This document shows positions 29,905 through 38,680 of a stretch of 39,166 nt of DNA, in pieces (positions within the stretch are counted from its first letter, which is position 1; every line of letters begins with the position of its first letter). Source of the DNA: an uncultured Pseudomonadota bacterium (lineage in GTDB: Bacteria; Oederibacteriota; Muellerivitia; Muellerivitales; Muellerivitaceae); assembly GCA_963843375.1 (NCBI GenBank), contig CAWJKT010000020.1, forward strand, positions 1 through 39,166. The letters are read 5' to 3'. A model generated the notes under the pieces. That model was not told the DNA's origin, searched no databases, and worked only from the letters and a program-made list of their open reading frames with translations. Position numbers and translations under genes: made by a program.

Positions 29905-31749
29905 ATGAATACCGGGAATTTATTCAAAAAAATTGAGAGCCATACCCCTCCTCTGCTAGTCGGTTTTGCCACTTATTCGGGCCTTAAATTCATCCTAGAG
30001 GGCTTTGGGGTAATAGGTGTCTCCGTCAATCCTTTCGACACAATTTCGATCCTTTCTGTGGGTTTTCTCTACATGTTTGAGAAGCATGTCCGTTTGGACC
30101 ACCTCGTGGCCTTAGCCCCCGCCGTCATTTCTTTAGCCTTTTGCCATGACTTTTTCGGGGTGATGTTGGGGACGGATGGGTTTACAGGGGATGTAGTAAT
30201 GGGCATTTCCATCCTCATTGGTTTTTGCGTTTATTTCATCCATTTCACAACGGCAAAAATCGCCGAGCAATCGGCGGAATCACCAAAAGGAGAGAAAGGG
30301 AAATATCCCCTTTATCTTGATTCCGAGGATAAGTATTTCATCCCAACGGAAATGCTCAAATACCACGCGGAAGTTATTGGATCTTCCGGCACCGGAAAAA
30401 CCAACATCTTCAATCACATGATCGAGCAAGGAATTAAAAATGGGATTGGTATGTTTGTTTTCGACGCAAAGTCTAACTACAACAAACACATCCCTTATTT
30501 CGCATCAAAATATGGGAGGCTCCATGACCTGAAATATTTTGATTTAGCCGATGTGAAGAGGAGTCAGACCTATAACCCCGATTTCAAAGATAAACCGGAC
30601 GAGGTATTTAACGGCCTCATGAAGTCATTATTTTATGGTCCCGTTAAAGAAGAGTATTACAGGGACCAAGCAAGCGAAGTTTTAAGCAATCTAACGAACC
30701 TTCTTTTTAAGGAATTTACCCATGTCACAAGGATGGATTATCAGAACCTGATTTCAAACGAGATCAGATCGTTCAAGACAATCCAATGGCTTGCCACGAA
30801 ATACGAAGACACGGTTTCAGGAAAATACTTTTTAGAAAAATGGATGCACATGTCCGAAAAGGACAGGGAATTAAACCTATCCGGCCTGACCAGCAAGCTT
30901 TCCAGATTCACCAGCCGGGAATGGTCGCCATTAATCAACACCCTAAATCCTGAGATCAAAATGAGGGACGTAGTCGAAAAACAGCAGATATTCTTATTTG
31001 GCACATCTTCCTTGGTGAACCAGGAGGATTCAAAACCAGTGATTATTTCGGCTTTGGTGGACTTGGCCGGTGTAATTGGAAGACGCCTTATTGAGAAGTC
31101 CCAAAAACCCTTTTTTGTCTTTTTGGACGAGTTCTACACCGCCGCATATCCAGGATTGAATGACCTAATATCCCTTGGACGGGAGGCCAATGTTTGCTTT
31201 TTCTTGGCCCATCACAGTTTGGGCCAGCTTGGGGCGGTCAGTCAGGAGTTTAAGGACGACATATTAACGAATACGAACCACAAGATCGTGATGAACATCA
31301 CCGAAAAAGATACGGTGGATTTCTTCGCCTCCATATTCGGAACTAAGGTAACGAAAAAGGATGTTTATTCCTTTGATACCAGATCAGCCCAGGCGAGGGG
31401 TAGGACTGAAAAGCCGGATGAGGAATTCATCATCCATCCCAATTACCTTAGGCTTATGAGGCGCGGGGAAGCTGTCTGTCGAATCGTTTATGTTACCGGT
31501 CCCAGGATATTTAAAATGAAACTCAAAGAAGTCAAAAGCCCTCCGGCCAGCTTTGATTATGTGGGCTGTGTTCCTACTAGGAACAATCATTTGAAGCCAA
31601 ATGAATACAACAAGATCGTTGTTCCCAAAGTCGAAACAACTCCGAAAACCAAACCCAAAAAAGAGGGGGATCAAGTTCCTCCCACCAAAACCGTTCCTGA
31701 AACGAAACCCAAAACAAGTGGATTGAGCCACGGAGAAAATGCTTCCTAA
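29905..31749 (+). CDS. Type IV secretion coupling protein (TraD/TraG/VirD4 family)
   Basis: N-terminal TM helices; H..VIGSSGTGKT Walker A, VFDAK, TYNP, FVFLDEF Walker B, GRE.NV...LAHHSLGQL, I..NTN, FIIHPN.LR.M..GEA. Confidence 0.9.
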   Translation: MNTGNLFKKIESHTPPLLVGFATYSGLKFILEGFGVIGVSVNPFDTISILSVGFLYMFEKHVRLDHLVALAPAVISLAFCHDFFGVMLGTDGFTGDVVMGISILIGFCVYFIHFTTAKIAEQSAESPKGEKGKYPLYLDSEDKYFIPTEMLKYHAEVIGSSGTGKTNIFNHMIEQGIKNGIGMFVFDAKSNYNKHIPYFASKYGRLHDLKYFDLADVKRSQTYNPDFKDKPDEVFNGLMKSLFYGPVKEEYYRDQASEVLSNLTNLLFKEFTHVTRMDYQNLISNEIRSFKTIQWLATKYEDTVSGKYFLEKWMHMSEKDRELNLSGLTSKLSRFTSREWSPLINTLNPEIKMRDVVEKQQIFLFGTSSLVNQEDSKPVIISALVDLAGVIGRRLIEKSQKPFFVFLDEFYTAAYPGLNDLISLGREANVCFFLAHHSLGQLGAVSQEFKDDILTNTNHKIVMNITEKDTVDFFASIFGTKVTKKDVYSFDTRSAQARGRTEKPDEEFIIHPNYLRLMRRGEAVCRIVYVTGPRIFKMKLKEVKSPPASFDYVGCVPTRNNHLKPNEYNKIVVPKVETTPKTKPKKEGDQVPPTKTVPETKPKTSGLSHGENAS

Positions 31750-31767
31750 GGGGGATTAGAAATACTA

Positions 31768-32574
31768 ATGACCGATTTCATTGAGATAAACGAAAACGAA
31801 GCCGAACACCTTGCTTGGATTCACTCGAATAAATTTACGATTCCCGACGTATTTCATCAAAAATTCTTTAAGTCAAGTTACAGGTACGCTTGCCGAGTCC
31901 TTAGAAAATATTATTTAAAAAAAGGTTTTCTAAGAATGACAAAAGCGGAAGGGACAACTTTTCAAGATTCAATGTATTTTCTAACGACAACCGCATTAAG
32001 GAGTTTGGATTCCAAAAACAAAATATTGGTGCGGGGAACTAAATTTCCAGTAAAGGTGAATCCATATGAAAGGCAACATGATCTATTTGTTCAAGAGATC
32101 AGGGTTGCTATTGAGTCTAGCGAAGACCTTTCTGACATCTTCTGGGTAACGGATTTTGAAATGCGGTCTGGAATAACCCCTTCCATTAAAGCAAAGTTCT
32201 TTGAAGGTAAACTGGACAAAAACCAATGGCGGTCAAATGGGTTAAACCCCAATAGCACGGGTCGGAGAACTCCTGACGGTTATTTCGAGGCGGATTTGGA
32301 AGGACAGAGAGAGGGGTTTACCCTTGAATTTGAACATCACCCTTACGATGACAGGAAGTTCAATCGAATGGCTTGGTATCTTAAACAGTATTTTCCAAAT
32401 GCAACCAAGCTGGTAGTTTCGGCGAATCGCGAGAATGCAGTACGAATGATAAAGGCACTTCAAACAAAGATTAAAAGCGGGGAACAACACCAGTGGTTTG
32501 TTTCGGATTTTGAAAAAGTTAAGACTTTACCCTTTAAAAAGATTTGGCATCAACTGGACCATAAACTTGAATAA
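31768..32574 (+). CDS. Replication-relaxation (Replic_Relax / MOB_C-like) relaxase
   Basis: N-terminal winged-helix-like segment, HDLFV..IR, PDG...LEFE motif; lies immediately downstream of the coupling protein. Confidence 0.7.
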   Translation: MTDFIEINENEAEHLAWIHSNKFTIPDVFHQKFFKSSYRYACRVLRKYYLKKGFLRMTKAEGTTFQDSMYFLTTTALRSLDSKNKILVRGTKFPVKVNPYERQHDLFVQEIRVAIESSEDLSDIFWVTDFEMRSGITPSIKAKFFEGKLDKNQWRSNGLNPNSTGRRTPDGYFEADLEGQREGFTLEFEHHPYDDRKFNRMAWYLKQYFPNATKLVVSANRENAVRMIKALQTKIKSGEQHQWFVSDFEKVKTLPFKKIWHQLDHKLE

Positions 32575-32727
32575 AGAGGTTTAGTATTCGCTGAGTCATT
32601 TAGAAATATTCAGGCTTTTATTATCGCTAATCCACCAAACTTCAATTATTCCGACCCTGATATTGAAAAGGATTTGATGTTGTGACTGTAGTAAAAGCTT
32701 GATGGGGTTCATTGATAGGAGTTTTCT

Positions 32728-33429
32728 ATGTTTCCTTTAGAAGATGAAATATTAACTAAAAAGTATGATTTAACGAAAGGGGACAAGCCCGAAGACCTGT
32801 TTTTGAAGGCGGTTGGACTGAAAATTGATTCCCTTAATAAGCTTTCCTCGGAAATATATGCAGATTTTGACGAAAAAAGTTTAGGCGTTAAATGGTGGAA
32901 AGCTTATCAGGACTTAGGAACCAAACGCCGAATATTTATAAGTGATTATCTGTTTATGTCACTCCAAAGCATAAACATTAACTTAATTGACGCTCGTCTT
33001 CATTTGCACGAATTCGATAAGAATTGGGAAAAGGAAAATCAACTTTTACAAAAAGAATATGAAAATTCCGGTTTTGAAAAAATTGTTTCAAAAAGGGAAT
33101 GCGCCCTAGATGATCTTTCGAGGTACATATCTGAAATGAATATTGTTGGTTATGTGCGTGCGATTGGATCTGTTTTTGATTGTTTGGCCGCAAGTGTAAT
33201 AGGTGTAGTTGGTTTAGATTTAAACATAAAACGGGCCGACTTTAAAAAAGTAATGAGTTATTTACAAAAATCTCAGGATGATTTGGAGTTGAAATTATTA
33301 GACGTTATCAATCAAAGTTTAAGGGATTCTGGACCCGAAGGCTGGCTTGTTTGGGTTATTGATTTACGGAATATGTATGTTCATCGAGCAAGAAGAACAG
33401 TAATGAGCCAAGTTGTTCAAGAAGAATAA
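32728..33429 (+). CDS. HEPN-domain protein (Cthe_2314-like), putative RNase toxin/defence factor, possibly C-terminally truncated
   Basis: Predominantly helical; S.FD.LA segment and DLRNMYVHR (RxxxxH); AGGAG RBS. Confidence 0.65.
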   Translation: MFPLEDEILTKKYDLTKGDKPEDLFLKAVGLKIDSLNKLSSEIYADFDEKSLGVKWWKAYQDLGTKRRIFISDYLFMSLQSININLIDARLHLHEFDKNWEKENQLLQKEYENSGFEKIVSKRECALDDLSRYISEMNIVGYVRAIGSVFDCLAASVIGVVGLDLNIKRADFKKVMSYLQKSQDDLELKLLDVINQSLRDSGPEGWLVWVIDLRNMYVHRARRTVMSQVVQEE

Positions 33430-33508
33430 AATTGCAACGGTTAAAAAGGTCAAGTGTTTCATATAATCCTCCCTGAAATTAAAGTTTTAAATACGACCAC
33501 CCATATCA

Positions 33509-33871
33509 TTAATTGGAAGTAATAGGATTTTCACCCAGAGCCTTAGAGTTCTTATTTAACAATTTATTGAGTTGTTTTTGTTGATCGTTTGTTAGTTGGT
33601 GTTTATTGTTCTGCTTGTAGAAAGCCAGTTCCTGGTCTCGGATTAACTTCAAATTGGTCCGCAAAGAATCAGCCTGGTCCTTAGTGAATTTTCCCGATTT
33701 GGTTCTTAGTTGAACAAGAAGCCATTGATTTTGAAGGCGCATATTGACTTCATGAAGATAGGGATTATTAGAAACGGTGGAGTTTGTGGGGGTTGGTGTT
33801 GAAGCCGTCCACCCTCCCGTAATGGAACCCAGAAATAAAATTAAAAAGTATAGAAAAGCCAAACGGTTCAT
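33509..33871 (-). CDS. Small secreted helical Gln/Asn/Lys-rich hypothetical protein
   Basis: Signal peptide MNRLAFLYFLILFLG...; EVN.RL.NQ...G..TK.QA..L...LT..QQKQLN..LN.NS pattern. Confidence 0.7.
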   Translation of the reverse strand: MNRLAFLYFLILFLGSITGGWTASTPTPTNSTVSNNPYLHEVNMRLQNQWLLVQLRTKSGKFTKDQADSLRTNLKLIRDQELAFYKQNNKHQLTNDQQKQLNKLLNKNSKALGENPITSN

Positions 33872-34254
33872 AAAAAACCCCAAAGAAAATTTATTGGAAA
33901 TACTTAGACAAGTTATCACTCTCGTGATTATTCTTCAACTTGATCAAAATTCTATTAACCTTTTTCGACCTTCCTCAAATTGGGTTTTAAGCAATCCACA
34001 GAGTGCAATCGTCAGAATGTTAATTTTGTGTAACCGACTTTTAATAATTATTAAAAAAAAATACGATTTTGATCAATTTCAAAGGGAATTTTTAAAAAAA
34101 CAGTCAGAAAATAGACATTTTAAGTTTAACGTTGTTTTCGTTTTAAAGGTGGTGACTTTTAAACCCTACTGCTATATTTGTCGAAATTTACGGAAACCAT
34201 ATTTCTCCAACAGTCACTAAAACATTATCCTCCAATAATTTTTTGAGGAACAAT

Positions 34255-35244
34255 ATGAATCAAAATAATCTGCCGTTGAACGGGACCAGTAAAAGTAGAA
34301 ATCTAAAATATTTAGTTTTTGGAATGTTGTTTTTGTGGATCAGTTTTTTAAACGGTTTTGTCCTAGCTCAAGAGGGACATAACAACCGCCCTTCCTTTTT
34401 GCAGCCCGATGAAAATTTAGAAAGAACTATCAATGGTTCTGTTTTTGCCACTTCTGTTCTTAAAGAAAAATATCCAGGCAAGAAATTTCCAGTCCCGAAT
34501 AGAATTTATTTTACGGATAAGAACGACAATGTTTTAAAAGTGTTTAATTATTTTCCCGACGGTTCCAAAAAACAATCTGCAAATTTATATACCTATGGTT
34601 CTAGAAAATACATCGCTGTAAGTCGGTTTTATGATTTAAATGGAACTGAAATTTCTAATTGCGCAATTTTGAATTTAAGTGGCACTGTTTTATTTACAAA
34701 AAAAAATGATGGAACGTTATTCATAAGCGATTCATTAAATCGCTTTGTTTTTGTTGATCCAATGGATGGCCAACTTCAAATATTTGACGATCATGGAAAC
34801 TTATTAAAAGAAGAAAAATACTCAGATTTTACGGAAGTTCCTCAGGACGATGAAGAGGTAGATCAGCTTCAAATGGATGCAGGAAAAGTTTCGGATGATG
34901 GGAATGTTTTTTGTTTTCCCCGCTACAAACCGGATAGTAAGAATGTTTTTTATGAATTAACTCTTTTGGATTTTGATGGTCGGATTTTGCTTCAAAAAAA
35001 GATTAGTAATTGGTATGGACAGATTTTAAAAGTTTTCGATGAAAACAAAATCATTACTATTTTTGAGAGAACTTTTACTCCTGGGGTTTTTCGTTACGTT
35101 GGGTATGATTTTGATGGAAATTTATTGTGGGTAACAAATAGTCCGGGTTATGTATTCAAAGAAGTGTCTGAAGATGGAACATTTATGAAATCGTCAAAAG
35201 GCACCAAATTAGATTTGAAAACAGGGGAAATAATTTCAGAATAA
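34255..35244 (+). CDS. Secreted hypothetical protein, beta-propeller-like
   Basis: GAGGA RBS; hydrophobic leader ending VLA-QE; repeated (Y/F)D..G.LL units; ends KLDLKTGEII. Confidence 0.7.
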   Translation: MNQNNLPLNGTSKSRNLKYLVFGMLFLWISFLNGFVLAQEGHNNRPSFLQPDENLERTINGSVFATSVLKEKYPGKKFPVPNRIYFTDKNDNVLKVFNYFPDGSKKQSANLYTYGSRKYIAVSRFYDLNGTEISNCAILNLSGTVLFTKKNDGTLFISDSLNRFVFVDPMDGQLQIFDDHGNLLKEEKYSDFTEVPQDDEEVDQLQMDAGKVSDDGNVFCFPRYKPDSKNVFYELTLLDFDGRILLQKKISNWYGQILKVFDENKIITIFERTFTPGVFRYVGYDFDGNLLWVTNSPGYVFKEVSEDGTFMKSSKGTKLDLKTGEIISE

Positions 35245-35263
35245 GTTATCGGATATAATTTGT

Positions 35264-35518
35264 ATGATTAAATTAAGTACATTTTTATTATTTATTTTTT
35301 TTCTTTCAACTAGTGAAATATTTGCTTTCCCTTGGCCTTTCGATGGGACTACACCCCACCAACAAATTGATAGGCAAAACATTGGCGCTTGGAGAGAAGC
35401 ATCTCATGATGATCAAAGTCTTGCGGATGGGCATTTTCACAGCGGGTTAGATATCATTCCTTTAGATGGTGGTGACCTGCCCCAAAACCCACTTTTAAAA
35501 GTCTTTTTCTGTCATTAA
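35264..35518 (+). pseudogene. N-terminal fragment of a secreted M23-peptidase-like protein
   Basis: Signal peptide, then WP...IG.WRE...HFHSGLDI (HxxxD); ORF stops before any HxH motif. Confidence 0.5.
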
Positions 35519-35614
35519 TCTTATTGTCCTACCCCAGTACCAGTCCTAAACTGCCTTAATTAAAATTCCAAGACCATTAAAAACGGTCGTGGTTTTCGGA
35601 AGGATTAGATTTCA

Positions 35615-36511
35615 ATGGAAAATCAATACCTAGAAAACAAATCATCGGGCTCAAACCTCGACCTAACCAAACCTACCTTCAATACAATGCACCGGCTAGA
35701 GGAACGCAACCGGATCGCACGTGAGTTTATTACCGACTATGCAGGCAAACACGCGTTTATGGACGTGGGGGTAGGTTTAATCGGGTTGCTCCCTTTTGCA
35801 GCCCTACCCGCATTGGCAACAGCTATTGCTGCCCAATCTCCATTTATTTACCAGCCAATGGCAAGAGACTTGGCAAAAGTTTATAACGCCGATCCAGAAA
35901 AATTGGGAGGAGCGAAGGAAACTATTATCAAAGACCTTTACATTGAAACGGTTAAAAGGGACATTGCCGCGGATTTTGGTGTAGAGTTCATGATGCAAAT
36001 TGCGCATGAATTGGTTTTGGAAGCTGGAATTGGTGTTATAGGAGCTTTGTGTATTCCTGTTATTGGAGGCGCAGTTGGGGCTGCTTTTGATTATGTGATT
36101 GCTACGCAAATGACGTGGAGAGTCGGTACGTCGGTTTCAATATATTTTCAAAACGGCGGAAACTGGGTGGGTGATCAGCAACATACTCTTGAACTTTCCA
36201 AGGAAATGTGCGGCCCTTTGAGTGTAGGGGTCGATGAACTAAAAGAGGTTGGGAAAGAATTTTTAAAATCGGGGAATCTAGATAATTCTTTCAAAGAACA
36301 TCACACCCCGAGAGTTGATTTGAATGACATTCGAGGGAAAGTCCCCGAGGTTCGCGAAAACTTGTTGGCGAACGTTCGTCTGATTGCGAAAATGATGCAG
36401 TCCCTCAACACTAATGAACAGATCAGAGCCATGTTGAAGTCCCAAGGCATTCCAATTGATCTAATTGAAATTGTTTTGAGCAGTTTAAACAAAAGCGAGC
36501 GAGGGCAATGA
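35615..36511 (+). CDS. DUF697/EcsC-like helical membrane-associated protein
   Basis: 298-aa ORF; GVGLIGLLPFA...M..DLAKVY and IPVIGGAVGAA glycine-rich hydrophobic hairpins. Confidence 0.6.
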   Translation: MENQYLENKSSGSNLDLTKPTFNTMHRLEERNRIAREFITDYAGKHAFMDVGVGLIGLLPFAALPALATAIAAQSPFIYQPMARDLAKVYNADPEKLGGAKETIIKDLYIETVKRDIAADFGVEFMMQIAHELVLEAGIGVIGALCIPVIGGAVGAAFDYVIATQMTWRVGTSVSIYFQNGGNWVGDQQHTLELSKEMCGPLSVGVDELKEVGKEFLKSGNLDNSFKEHHTPRVDLNDIRGKVPEVRENLLANVRLIAKMMQSLNTNEQIRAMLKSQGIPIDLIEIVLSSLNKSERGQ

Positions 36512-36859
36512 ACAAAGAAGGTTGGGGCGTCACTGGGTACCTATGGCTTTGCGTTGATCGCCGGAGTCGTCTGGTAATGGGTTTTCGAAATAAACGTTAA
36601 AAGTTTAGTCTGGGAAGTTGGAATGGGAAAATCTGGCTTTGACACTTTTGTTGAAGAATTAGGACCATCTTGGATTAAATGGTCTTCATTTAATTTAATT
36701 ATTTTTAAAAATCCGATTGGTTTTTTAATCTTTTTCATTGTGATGATAGTCGCAGGTTTGATTAGAGGTGTTTATGTTGGCATTCTAATAATAAAATTTC
36801 TTCACAAAACAATTAGTGATATTAGAAAATTTTTTACCGAATTAAGTCATAAATTTTAA
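36508..36859 (+). pseudogene. Small membrane protein, disrupted (frameshift ~36525 and in-frame TAA 36575-36577)
   Basis: ATG overlaps the upstream TGA (ATGA); removing one G gives MNKEGWASLGTYGFALIAGVVW*WVFEIN..., in frame with ORF 36623-36859. Confidence 0.5.
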
Positions 36860-36905
36860 CCACCCTCAACCCCTGCCTCAAAACAGTTGGAACAGAGGAG
36901 ATTCA

Positions 36906-37151
36906 ATGAAATTTGGCTTCCGAACCCCTTCCCTCAAAAAACGGATTGCCGCCCGGCTTTCTTGGAAACGTTACGTCCGTAATTCAATGGGCCTCAAGGC
37001 CCCCCGTGGCATGGGTTGGATAACCAACCCCAAACGCGCCCTTTACAACCGGATTTACAACAGAACCACCGTCGGTTGCGGAACCGTTGTCGCCATCGCC
37101 CTTTTGAGCTTATTAGCTGCCTCACTTTGGGCGGCTGTTTTATTGAGATAA
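36906..37151 (+). CDS. Small basic conserved hypothetical protein of a type common in prophages/mobile elements, with C-terminal TM helix
   Basis: GAGGAG RBS; MKFG.R.PS.KK.I.AR...GMGWI.NPK.A.YN.IYNRTT motif. Confidence 0.8.
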   Translation: MKFGFRTPSLKKRIAARLSWKRYVRNSMGLKAPRGMGWITNPKRALYNRIYNRTTVGCGTVVAIALLSLLAASLWAAVLLR

Positions 37152-37166
37152 ATTTTGGGAGCCCCA

Positions 37167-37599
37167 ATGGGCAGGCATTATCGAAAAAGATCAAATTTTT
37201 ACCGTGCCTCAAGGCCTTATTTTGGAAACCCCGGTATCCACATTCCAGTTGGTGTCCCAAGCCCGACAATATTCATCGATGCCTATGGTCCCTACGTCGT
37301 TGGTCAAATCGGGGGGCTCTTTTTCGAATCCCTGTTAATCTTGGCCACCTTGGACCTAATCCCTCAAGTACAACCAATCGTGGCGAGGTTTCTAAGAAAC
37401 TACCAAAAATTAACCCGTATGAGGTGTTGGGTGTTCCAGAATCGGCGACAATAGAAGAAATTTCCAAAGCCTACCGCAGTAAAGCCAAGGAGCACCCCCA
37501 GATACGAAGGCGAATATGGCTCCTGAAGTCCAAGCTCTTGCTGACCAAAAGATGAAGGAATTGAATGAAGCCTATGAAATTTTAAAAGGTGAAAAATAA
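37167..37599 (+). CDS. Membrane-anchored J-domain (DnaJ/DjlA-like) protein, two apparent frameshifts
   Basis: NPYEVLGVPESATIEEISKAYRSKAKE, then PD...KMKELNEAYEILK in the next frame; one added A near 37497 restores KEHHPD; hydrophobic N-part in a third frame from ATG 37167. Confidence 0.75.
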
Positions 37600-37615
37600 A
37601 AGGCCTCCTCCATTT

Positions 37616-37844
37616 ATGAAACCCTTTAATAAATCCGACTTCAAAGCGGCCGTCCGGGACCCCAACTCGGGGAAGGTTTTCACCGGCCCGGATCACTTGG
37701 AAGCTCTCAAATCCGCCGAAGACGACGGGATTCACTACCTAGGCCAGGAAAACACCGGCTTCAAGCACCAAGACGGCACCTTTTACACCCGTACGGAAAC
37801 CGAAAAGGAATGGGGCTTCAAAACCGGCCGAGGATCTTCTGTAA
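37616..37844 (+). CDS. Small hypothetical protein, paralog 1 (75 aa after removing one extra G near 37826)
   Basis: Gap-free alignment with 38227-38454; the corrected end GFKTAEDLL* gives identical length. Confidence 0.75.
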
Positions 37845-37875
37845 CCTGTCGGCTTTTTCCCCCTAAAATACACCT

Positions 37876-38199
37876 ATGCTCATTACCAAAACCCAAATCA
37901 CCCATTCATTACGGCTTCTTTGTCGGAAATACGACCACGGACAAAAAAAAGGAACGGCTTACAGGTTCTTGAGGAAATGGTTCAATACTGGGGCCTTCAT
38001 CAAGCTTGCCCTCTTCGAAATTAATGGAATGACATTGGATTCGGACCCTTATCCTAAACACAAACGAGTGGCCGGATTATGGACGTTCACAAAAAAGGGT
38101 TTTAAACATCCTAAGTTTTTTTCGCTCAATGATTTCATCGCGGACATGGCGGATTTGTTCGAGCTCACAAATAGAGGTAAAACGGTTGTTGGAAATTAA
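37876..38199 (+). CDS. Hypothetical basic protein (107 aa)
   Basis: ATG-started ORF that fills the gap between the two paralogs; no recognisable motif. Confidence 0.55.
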   Translation: MLITKTQITHSLRLLCRKYDHGQKKGTAYRFLRKWFNTGAFIKLALFEINGMTLDSDPYPKHKRVAGLWTFTKKGFKHPKFFSLNDFIADMADLFELTNRGKTVVGN

Positions 38200-38226
38200 C
38201 AAACGTGGGGCCCCGACCAAAAAAAT

Positions 38227-38454
38227 ATGAAACCCTTCAATAAATCCGACTTCAAAGCCGCCGTGAAAGACCCCGTCACCGGCCAAATCTGGACCGGGGA
38301 CGAACACCGGGAAGCAATAAACAAAGCCCATAACTCGGGGAACAAGACCATCCGGCAAGAAGACACCGGTTTTTTGAAGAGTGACGGCACCTTTCTTACC
38401 CGGGCCCAAACGAAAGCGGAATACGGCTTTGACGACAGTTCAGCCCTTCGATGA
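38227..38454 (+). CDS. Small hypothetical protein, paralog 2 (75 aa)
   Basis: MKPFNKSDFKAAV...H.EA...TGF...DGTF.TR; 39/75 identical to paralog 1 by manual count. Confidence 0.8.
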   Translation: MKPFNKSDFKAAVKDPVTGQIWTGDEHREAINKAHNSGNKTIRQEDTGFLKSDGTFLTRAQTKAEYGFDDSSALR

Positions 38455-38653
38455 AAGACTTCCCCTATTGGCGCGGCGCCATCCACAACACCAAGAACAC
38501 CACATCCTGAAGTCGATCGGGGAAGACCTGGCCCAATTCCAATCCCAGTCCAATTTAATCGGCGGCGACCCCAAGCTTAATAAGGCCCAGCTGGACACCC
38601 TCCGGACCCAATACTCCGAAAGGATGAAGAAACTGCAGGGCGAAAAGCTTTAA
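38451..38653 (+). CDS. Small helical hypothetical protein, one apparent frameshift near 38503
   Basis: ATG overlaps the upstream TGA; MKDFPYWRGAIHNTKNT joins ILKSIGEDL...LRTQYSERMKKLQGEKL*. Confidence 0.5.
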
Positions 38654-38680
38654 TTCCACTCCGCCGCCTCGCCATTAGCA

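Larger units (their letters stand above)
29636..38676. mobile_element. Putative tRNA-Thr-integrated mobilisable genomic island; right end not in window
   Basis: Abrupt switch from conserved housekeeping synteny to coupling protein, relaxase, HEPN protein, gene fragments and small orphans directly after a tRNA 3' end; visibly more AT-rich at ~32.6-35.6 kb; no integrase or second att site seen. Confidence 0.7.

Noticed and set aside
34150..34182. Bacteroidota-type promoter (TATATTTG at 34173-34180)
   Set aside because: No matching upstream TTTG element, and such an octamer is expected by chance in AT-rich DNA
33777..34220. 147-aa plus-strand ORF
   Set aside because: Overlaps the better-supported minus-strand secreted gene and runs through AT-rich intergenic sequence with no motif
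37616..38454. Diversity-generating retroelement TR/VR pair or CRISPR-like repeat
   Set aside because: Differences are not adenine-specific, both copies are coding with synonymous changes, there are only two copies, and no reverse transcriptase or cas gene is in the window
29640..38676. Integrase gene or second copy of the tRNA 3' end (att site)
   Set aside because: No tyrosine or serine recombinase motifs in the ORFs, and no repeat of GTCGCCAGCTCCA found by eye
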